Of a stretch of DNA of 64,000 bases, positions 29,327 through 35,515 are shown piece by piece. This DNA comes from Patescibacteria group bacterium (GTDB lineage Bacteria; Patescibacteriota; Patescibacteriia; UBA9934): the NCBI GenBank assembly GCA_041659765.1, contig JBAZXR010000001.1:723338-787337 (forward strand), read 5' to 3'. Under the pieces are notes generated by a model that was not told the origin of the DNA, did no database searches, and saw only the letters and a list, made by a program, of their open reading frames with translations. The position numbers and the translations under genes were made by a program. Within the stretch, counting starts at the first letter, position 1. The number at the start of each line of letters is the position of its first letter.

Positions 29327-30399
29327 AGTTTTACATTAGAAGCTCGTCGACGAATCTCGGCCGTGTGTTCCCCAAAATCTACCTTTGTATCGGGATTTTT
29401 AACAAGTTCGTCAATTTTCTTCATGATCTCGCCCCTGATCGGACCAATGGGCGTACCAAGAAGTTCAAAAATTTCTTCTGGCGAAAGATGCGCGTCAGCA
29501 TACGCCTTTTTCACCGCCATTTTTGACGCCTTCTTCTCCCCAGCCTCCCGCGCTTCGTGCCTCTCTGGCATAGCCTCCCGCTCCGCACGGTACCAATTTA
29601 ACAGAGGCGTCAGATCATGGGACTTCGTTCTGCCATCACTGTGCAAACTCCCTGCTACCGCGTCTAAGAACAAACATACAGGCGCGAGATCAAGAAACAA
29701 ATCCTTATTCAGTCCCGCGCGACCAGCGAGAGCCGCAAAGGCCCTAAACTCAGCCGCACTTGGCGAAGCGGTAAACGTCGTAATGATATCCATGTGCAGC
29801 CGAATAAGCTCGGTCAACAGCTTGGCACTCGACGACGGCAGTTCAAAGTACTTCAATATCGCCTCACGGGCGTAGGCGAAAGCGGGCGACGCTCCCACGC
29901 GGTCATGGCCAAGGTAATGTACGCGTCCGAGTTCGTCGGTCTTCACGCATTCAGGTTTTCCGAGGTCATGCGCCATCACATACGCCGAAAGAAATTTCTC
30001 GTTGGTAGCAATAGTCGAGAAAAGCGAGGTCCATTCGGCAGAAAGTGTTTTTTCGCGCGCAAATTCCTCGATGGATGACGGGCCGGTCCCCGACGCCAGG
30101 ACCCTTCTATCCATCAGGGTCGCTGAGCTTATCGAAGCGAGGGGCCTAGAGGTGGAGGATTGGATGGCGAACAATACAGATAAAATTCTCACGAGGTGCG
30201 ATTCTACGGTCGGCCCTTCCGCATGATGCGGTGGCGTTTGCGAACAATCTACAAGCTTCTGAACCTCCGGCAGCTTCTTTGCAAGTTCAGCCACTATTTT
30301 TCGAGCCCGCTCCCCCGCTTCGGATAGCAAAACATCCTGCTCGATCCAATCGAGAAGGAAAACTCGGTCTGGCGGTGTCGATACAGGCTTTCCGAACAT
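29323..30399 (-). CDS. Stand-alone HD-domain phosphohydrolase resembling the HD/tail region of CCA enzymes
   Basis: Q.PPHHAEG.V..H, AHDLGKP, YLGHD.VGA, IRLHM, GP.RG.I. Confidence 0.7.
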   Translation of the reverse strand: MFGKPVSTPPDRVFLLDWIEQDVLLSEAGERARKIVAELAKKLPEVQKLVDCSQTPPHHAEGPTVESHLVRILSVLFAIQSSTSRPLASISSATLMDRRVLASGTGPSSIEEFAREKTLSAEWTSLFSTIATNEKFLSAYVMAHDLGKPECVKTDELGRVHYLGHDRVGASPAFAYAREAILKYFELPSSSAKLLTELIRLHMDIITTFTASPSAAEFRAFAALAGRAGLNKDLFLDLAPVCLFLDAVAGSLHSDGRTKSHDLTPLLNWYRAEREAMPERHEAREAGEKKASKMAVKKAYADAHLSPEEIFELLGTPIGPIRGEIMKKIDELVKNPDTKVDFGEHTAEIRRRASNVKL

Positions 30400-30403
30400 G
30401 AAG

Positions 30404-31234
30404 CTATTCTAGCACCCGTAAGATTTCCTCAACACTGGGGCCTGGTTTCTCGACGGTCGACGGATAGCCCCAGCAGCGGTCTTTGCCGAAAACGTACCCG
30501 CCGAAAGTTTCGTGCAGCTTGGGCGCAAGCGCGGTGTCTTGAACCGAAATTCGTTGGGTACCTTCAACAACCAGTGTGACGGGCGGCTCGTCGTAGTTTT
30601 CGGCGAGGATAATGGAAAGTGCCTCGCGAATTCTAGTGTCTGTCGGCGTCCCCACAATGATCACGCCGTCTCGCTCCTCTCTGGCCTCCCACGCTTTGCG
30701 TGCCTCGACCATACCTTCAGGTCGAGAACCGCCGAGTTCATCCAAAAATGACAAATAGTAGTCCATGATGCGCTTGCGATCGGCCTTTCCTATCCCCTCG
30801 CGTGATAATTCCCACACCCAACCTCTATCCATCATGCCAACGCCTTTAACAAGGAACGGATCGAAACCAAGCTCCACGAGTTTTTTGTCGCTCAAATCGA
30901 ACATGACCAAGAATTGATCGAGCGAGCTCTCCTGTTTCATACGGTTCAGCCCTTCGTACCGGTGATGATCAATAATAACTACTTCGAACCCCTCTTTTTC
31001 GAGCTCTGCTTCACGTACTGGGCCGGGTGTTTCGACAATAACAACAGTTTTCGCTTCCGGGTTCGCCTTTGTGAGACGCGCTTCGAGATCTTTCTCAAGT
31101 TCAAGCTTTGCGCCATGTTGCTGAGGCGAAACCACCGTCGGAATCCCCGCGGCCTGGGCGATTTTCAAGATAAGTACGGATTCTTCGTCGTTTTTTGGGC
31201 ACAGGAGGACGACTTTTGCGAGATCGATTATCAT
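30404..31234 (-). CDS. DHH-type phosphodiesterase, possibly NrN-like
   Basis: D.ES..I, HGAKL, IVE, IIDHH, SSLDQ, MDRGW motif order. Confidence 0.5.
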   Translation of the reverse strand: MIIDLAKVVLLCPKNDEESVLILKIAQAAGIPTVVSPQQHGAKLELEKDLEARLTKANPEAKTVVIVETPGPVREAELEKEGFEVVIIDHHRYEGLNRMKQESSLDQFLVMFDLSDKKLVELGFDPFLVKGVGMMDRGWVWELSREGIGKADRKRIMDYYLSFLDELGGSRPEGMVEARKAWEAREERDGVIIVGTPTDTRIREALSIILAENYDEPPVTLVVEGTQRISVQDTALAPKLHETFGGYVFGKDRCWGYPSTVEKPGPSVEEILRVLE

Positions 31235-31295
31235 ACGGGCACATCTTACCGAAAATTCCAGGATCGGTCGACGCACTGGTCGACCCCTCTCTCAT

Positions 31296-31727
31296 ATGCC
31301 CAATCTTTTTATTCTGCGAGGAATCCCTGGATCCGGAAAATCCACCTACGCAAAATCTCAACCCGGTGCAGTTATCTGTTCAGCGGATGACTTTTTTGTG
31401 CAACCGGACGGTTCGTACGCATATGACAAGTCCAAAATCCAACTGGCTCATGATTTCTGTTTCAAAAAATGCCATGACGCGCTCCACGCCGGCGAGCAAA
31501 CGGTGATTATAGACAACATGAACACTACGGCCTGGGAAATCTCCCCCTACGTCATGCTCGGCCGGAATTTTGGGTATAGGGTTGAAATTCTAAACTTCCC
31601 GTGCGACCAACAAGTCGGCGTATCCCGTAATGTCCATCACGTTCCACTGAAAGATATAGAAAAAACTGCCAAACTCATAAAAACTACAAAGCTACCCAAA
31701 AGCTGGCTCCAAAGCGATGCGTGCTAA
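31296..31727 (+). CDS. P-loop polynucleotide kinase-like protein (AAA_33/N4BP2-like)
   Basis: ILRGIPGSGKST, CSADDFF, AH..C, IIDNMN, RNVHHVP. Confidence 0.85.
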   Translation: MPNLFILRGIPGSGKSTYAKSQPGAVICSADDFFVQPDGSYAYDKSKIQLAHDFCFKKCHDALHAGEQTVIIDNMNTTAWEISPYVMLGRNFGYRVEILNFPCDQQVGVSRNVHHVPLKDIEKTAKLIKTTKLPKSWLQSDAC

Positions 31728-31791
31728 TCACCTAATAGTAAACAATCAGTGGTGAATCCGGCTTCATAGAAGTCTGATTCGCGGAGTTATA

Positions 31792-32109
31792 TTATTGCGT
31801 TAAAAAGTGCCAAGTAAAATATCCGGCCAAAATAATCACACCACATAATGTGGTTACAAGTGCAAAAGTAAGTGCCTTTTTCAAATGATCTACTTGTGGT
31901 TTAAAAGGCATGACATAAAAAAGGGCGGTAAAAAGCGCATAAACCGCCACGGAAAAAATGCTTTTTGTGGTCCAATGATGGCCGGATAAGTTTTTTAACC
32001 AATCTTTTAAACCAGCCGCTTCTTCCGCCCAAATAACTACAATAACTACGAAAAAAATAGTGATGATGGAGGAGATTGTCGAAGAAAAAATCAATTTTTG
32101 CTTATTCAT
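31792..32109 (-). CDS. AT-rich small membrane protein
   Basis: 3 TM segments, GHHW motif. Confidence 0.65.
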   Translation of the reverse strand: MNKQKLIFSSTISSIITIFFVVIVVIWAEEAAGLKDWLKNLSGHHWTTKSIFSVAVYALFTALFYVMPFKPQVDHLKKALTFALVTTLCGVIILAGYFTWHFLTQ

Positions 32110-32113
32110 AAAA

Positions 32114-32602
32114 TTATGCGGCTACGCCCCATCTAGCGGCCGCTGACACTATGAAACCCAAGCCACCAATTAACAAACCAAGCGCCGCTACAGTTATAGT
32201 CAACCAAATAGCGTGTTTTTTCAACTGTGATCTTTCATATTCGCCCTTTGGTAAGAGCGTTATAAAAAATACTGTCATGGCCAATGGAATGATAAACAAA
32301 AAGATGTGTTCTTTTGTTTCCATTACAATTCCGTGTACCCATGGAGCTACGCCGGATTTTATTACCGGTTTTACCAACGAGCCATAATAAACTACATAAT
32401 AATAACCACCAGCCAACCAGCTTAAAACGAACGCTACTAGCCCCACTAAAGAAGTAATCATCCTACTCTTAGAAGAACCGGCATTATCTTTCAATTTCCC
32501 GAGCAACCACAAAAACGCATCAATTCCTATAATTGCGCAACCAAGGTGTAAACCTATAAGTACCGGCTTACTGTGTAAGATAGCGATAATGTCCACGGGC
32601 AA
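32114..32602 (-). CDS. AT-rich 4-TM membrane protein
   Basis: GYYYVVYYG..VKP.I..G.APW.H...ME.KEH.FL motif. Confidence 0.7.
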   Translation of the reverse strand: MPVDIIAILHSKPVLIGLHLGCAIIGIDAFLWLLGKLKDNAGSSKSRMITSLVGLVAFVLSWLAGGYYYVVYYGSLVKPVIKSGVAPWVHGIVMETKEHIFLFIIPLAMTVFFITLLPKGEYERSQLKKHAIWLTITVAALGLLIGGLGFIVSAAARWGVAA

Positions 32603-32702
32603 TATTATACAACAGCGGTTTACCTTATATTTAGAGCTGGCTTGTATCTAAGTCATCAGATCTTCTACCTAACCAGCAAATTTAATTCAGGTTCTCCATT
32701 TT

Positions 32703-32765
32703 TGGCCAACTTTAGCCACTTTATAGCCAGTCCCACTTGACAATGATGGGATTTTTTGCTATGAT
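32703..32765 (+). promoter_or_regulatory. sigma70 promoter with phased TAGC repeats
   Basis: TGGC-N6-TAGC-N7-TAGC-N9-TTGACA-N17-TATGAT. Confidence 0.8.
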
Positions 32766-32834
32766 AACCCTCGTCCGCAGCGGCTCTCGAGCAATCGAGT
32801 TCACCCCCGCTTCGGCGACAAGACGAGGTGTTCG

Positions 32835-32945
32835 ATGACGAACTATTTGCCCGAGATCACGAAGAGCGACCACGCGGTTGCTTCTCACGACTGTAAGTTC
32901 AACCATCTGTTCGACAACACGCTCGGCGAGACCGACGCGAGCTGA
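32835..32945 (+). CDS. 36-aa small ORF
   Basis: GAGGTG SD; MTNYLPEITKSDHAVASHDCKFNHLFDNTLGETDAS. Confidence 0.4.
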   Translation: MTNYLPEITKSDHAVASHDCKFNHLFDNTLGETDAS

Positions 32946-32996
32946 TCACCGACACGTCGTCGGCGATAGCTACACCTATCCACCGGAGGACCATCA

Positions 32997-33050
32997 ATGG
33001 TTCGTAACCGTGACCCGCCTTTCAACCCCGCAACCCCCGCGTATCCATAA
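32997..33050 (+). CDS. MicroORF MVRNRDPPFNPATPAYP
   Basis: GGAGG SD 7 nt upstream; N-terminus matches M-[IV]-R-x-R-D-x-P. Confidence 0.5.
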   Translation: MVRNRDPPFNPATPAYP

Positions 33051-33114
33051 CATTCTCGCGCAATATAACGCTGGAATCTGGAACGCGGGGTTTTCTTTTT
33101 GGATGAACACCCGT

Positions 33115-33915
33115 CTAACCTAACAGTTTCTTCACGAACCTATCAGCCGTGATTTCAACTTGTCTGACTTCTGGTTTTTCGCCGGTCTTTAGATATCGTT
33201 CGAATGATTTGTTGTTATGCTCTAAAGCTGTCTGCTGAATGGCCTCCACCTCTTTATCTTCTGGATCTGTATTACGTATTTCAATATCCTCGCCCAAAAG
33301 TGCCTTAACTTTCGCTTCACTGCGTTTACCAAGAAGCCATGACTTCATGATGATAGTCTTGGCTGGAATCTCTCCGCTTTGTAGCTTTTTGGCGAACAGT
33401 GCAAATCCTTCAATAGTTTTGGCAAGAAACTCTTCACTCGATACCCCGGAAGCACCCAGATGAAGTGAAATAACGCCGTTTCCCTCATCGTTATAATGCA
33501 CAACTGCATTCAAACGATATTTATCCGCGCCTTCCCCGCCAAACTCCTGGTCAGGATTCCACATGGCCAGCATTTCATCAGCCAAACGCAGGTTCACTAA
33601 GTTTTTTGCAAAACCCAGCGCCGTAAAATCCCCCGCTTCACAATCGTTTAATGCCCCCTCGAGCAAACTCTTGGCCTTTTCTACATTTGGGATAGCCTCA
33701 TTAATTGGTTGAGAAAACCTAGCCAGATAAAAATCATGCATCCGGCGCGCCATCTCGTCGTGGTTTGATTCCGACGAATAGAGCTTCTGATAAAGCTCAA
33801 AACTGCCGGTAAATCTCTTAAATGCTGGATTGCTAACAAGCGCTTCAGCCTTCTCTTTATCTAGATCCCGCCCCTCTTCTCGCCCTTCTTCCTTCATATG
33901 ACCGGATTTTACCAT
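33115..33915 (-). CDS. Hypothetical protein
   Basis: 266-aa ORF with protein-like composition. Confidence 0.65.
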   Translation of the reverse strand: MVKSGHMKEEGREEGRDLDKEKAEALVSNPAFKRFTGSFELYQKLYSSESNHDEMARRMHDFYLARFSQPINEAIPNVEKAKSLLEGALNDCEAGDFTALGFAKNLVNLRLADEMLAMWNPDQEFGGEGADKYRLNAVVHYNDEGNGVISLHLGASGVSSEEFLAKTIEGFALFAKKLQSGEIPAKTIIMKSWLLGKRSEAKVKALLGEDIEIRNTDPEDKEVEAIQQTALEHNNKSFERYLKTGEKPEVRQVEITADRFVKKLLG

Positions 33916-33927
33916 AATTTCCTCTTT

Positions 33928-33979
33928 TGGCTCATATTAGCCACAAAACATTGACAAAAGCGCGTTTTTTTGCTATACT
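33928..33979 (+). promoter_or_regulatory. sigma70 promoter with TAGC motif
   Basis: TAGC-N9-TTGACA-N17-TATACT. Confidence 0.85.
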
Positions 33980-34024
33980 AAACGGGTTTTCTGTTAGCAA
34001 ATTTCACACCGTTTGGAGGATTTA

Positions 34025-34348
34025 ATGGAACGTAACAAGCTTTCAATCGCCATTCCCGCAGCGCTCGTGAGCATAGCGCTCTGTGTGGCTGCCGCCATCT
34101 GGAATCACCATTTGGCGACCCGCCAACAGGATTCGCCCAAGGCCGAGCTCCAACCATTCATCAGTGGCACATGGACGTGCGAGGATCAGTCTAGCGCGAC
34201 CAGAGTCGACGCCGAGGCTATCTCGGGTGATTTCGGAGACAAGATCGTCTCCGGAAGCTTCACGAGCCCGACCACGCTCGAGCTCAAGGTCCAATCGAAA
34301 GACGGGAGCGCCGCTAGCGAGAACATCCGCTGCTGGCAACAGCAGTAG
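34025..34348 (+). CDS. Small exported/membrane-anchored orphan protein
   Basis: TTGGAGG SD; N-terminal TM, WTC...C. Confidence 0.7.
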   Translation: MERNKLSIAIPAALVSIALCVAAAIWNHHLATRQQDSPKAELQPFISGTWTCEDQSSATRVDAEAISGDFGDKIVSGSFTSPTTLELKVQSKDGSAASENIRCWQQQ

Positions 34349-34365
34349 CCAGACCCGTCAAAACG

Positions 34366-34419
34366 ACAAAACCGCACCCCGAAGAGCCAATCCGGCGCTC
34401 CTCGACGGTGCGGTTCTTC
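34366..34419 (+). repeat. Repeated terminator hairpin, copy 1
   Basis: Nearly identical to 35458-35510. Confidence 0.85.
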
Positions 34420-34429
34420 TTTTAATTAA

Positions 34430-34837
34430 CTAGTTGATCAGAAACCATAAAACGCCCGCGATACAAACTAAACCGAGAATAAGAAAAGCGTAACCAAGGA
34501 TCAGGTATCCTTTCGCCGCCGTAATGGCTCGCGCATCAAAATGATATACACCAGCATAGGAAAGATGCTTAATGTACTTACGAATAAAGGCCGCTTTAGC
34601 CGTGTTAATCATGGAAAAACCAAAACTGATAGCCACGATACTCACGACTAAACCGATGACTGAGCCGAATCCGGTCATCTGCTCAAATCCGAAAAAAATA
34701 ACTGGCGTTCCTAAAGTGACCGCTAGACAAAGAAATGAATACCATGCGTACCGATTGGCTCTGTACAAGTCTCGCGGTGTGAGGCGATCGTCGTATGCGT
34801 ATACCTTCTTCATGTAATCCTTCTTTGTCATTTCCAT
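34430..34837 (-). CDS. Hypothetical 3-TM membrane protein
   Basis: 135-aa hydrophobic ORF. Confidence 0.65.
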   Translation of the reverse strand: MEMTKKDYMKKVYAYDDRLTPRDLYRANRYAWYSFLCLAVTLGTPVIFFGFEQMTGFGSVIGLVVSIVAISFGFSMINTAKAAFIRKYIKHLSYAGVYHFDARAITAAKGYLILGYAFLILGLVCIAGVLWFLIN

Positions 34838-34900
34838 ATATGATCTCAGTATAAACCAAACTCCGCCCTTTTATGGCGGAGTGGTTGGTGCCGAGTTATG

Positions 34901-34973
34901 TGGACCCGACGGGAGTTGAACCAGTAACTCCCAGGTGATAATCCGGGGTGGTTACCAATTACCGCACGGGCCC
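34901..34973 (-). ncRNA. Atypical tRNA-like element (Ala-type acceptor, 8-nt ATTATCAC loop) within a ~200-nt structured RNA
   Basis: GGGCCCG/CGGGTCC-A acceptor with G3:U70, TTCAACT T-loop, AATTGGTA D-loop; no encoded CCA. Confidence 0.65.
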
Positions 34974-35142
34974 AATGGGGAGTAGTCCTTGGCTTGGCAT
35001 AAAACAAATACAAACCCCGCCAATAAAGGGGAGTTTGCTTTTGTATCACCTGGGATAAGCCCGTGCGGGTAACCTACCCGGTACATACATTCCACCATAT
35101 CTCCCGGCACCCCGTCAAAACTTATCCACATTCACCTCATTT

Positions 35143-35194
35143 TCGCTCATTTTAGCCATAATACATTGACAAAACCTCACTTTTTTGCTACACT
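35143..35194 (+). promoter_or_regulatory. sigma70 promoter with TAGC motif
   Basis: TAGC-N9-TTGACA-N17-TACACT, preceded by 10-bp periodic repeats. Confidence 0.8.
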
Positions 35195-35227
35195 AAAAGG
35201 GTTTTTAACAACAGTTTGGAGGATTTC

Positions 35228-35452
35228 ATGGGCGAACAAAAGCAAGACGGACGTATCCGAATCTTGGTCTACGGCTCCGCCATAGGCATCTTCCTTCTCG
35301 TTGTACTCTTCTTGATCGCCGCGACTACCATGGGCAAACCGTCCATAACGCAGTCCGACCATGATTCCTGGATCTGTACCGGTTGGGCGTACGACCCCTC
35401 ATGGGGCTATTTCAACTGCCGAGAAGTCGACAACAACAAGCCTTCGAAGTAA
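35228..35452 (+). CDS. Small exported/membrane-anchored orphan protein
   Basis: TTGGAGG SD; N-terminal TM, WIC...C. Confidence 0.65.
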   Translation: MGEQKQDGRIRILVYGSAIGIFLLVVLFLIAATTMGKPSITQSDHDSWICTGWAYDPSWGYFNCREVDNNKPSK

Positions 35453-35457
35453 TCACA

Positions 35458-35510
35458 ACAAAACCGCACCCCGAAGAGCCACACGGCGCTCCTCGACGGT
35501 GCGGTTCTTC
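35458..35510 (+). repeat. Repeated terminator hairpin, copy 2
   Basis: Nearly identical to 34366-34419. Confidence 0.85.
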
Positions 35511-35515
35511 CTTTT

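Noticed and set aside
34901-34973. tmRNA or permuted tmRNA
   Set aside because: Acceptor halves are only 73 nt apart in normal order, leaving no tag reading frame
35122-35130. DnaA box TTATCCACA as replication origin
   Set aside because: Single perfect box, no cluster, no dnaA/dnaN nearby
34366-35510. Repeated imperfect hairpins with AAC...GTT ends as integron attC sites
   Set aside because: Ends do not fit RYYYAAC/GTTRRRY, each is followed by a T-tract like a terminator, and no integrase is present
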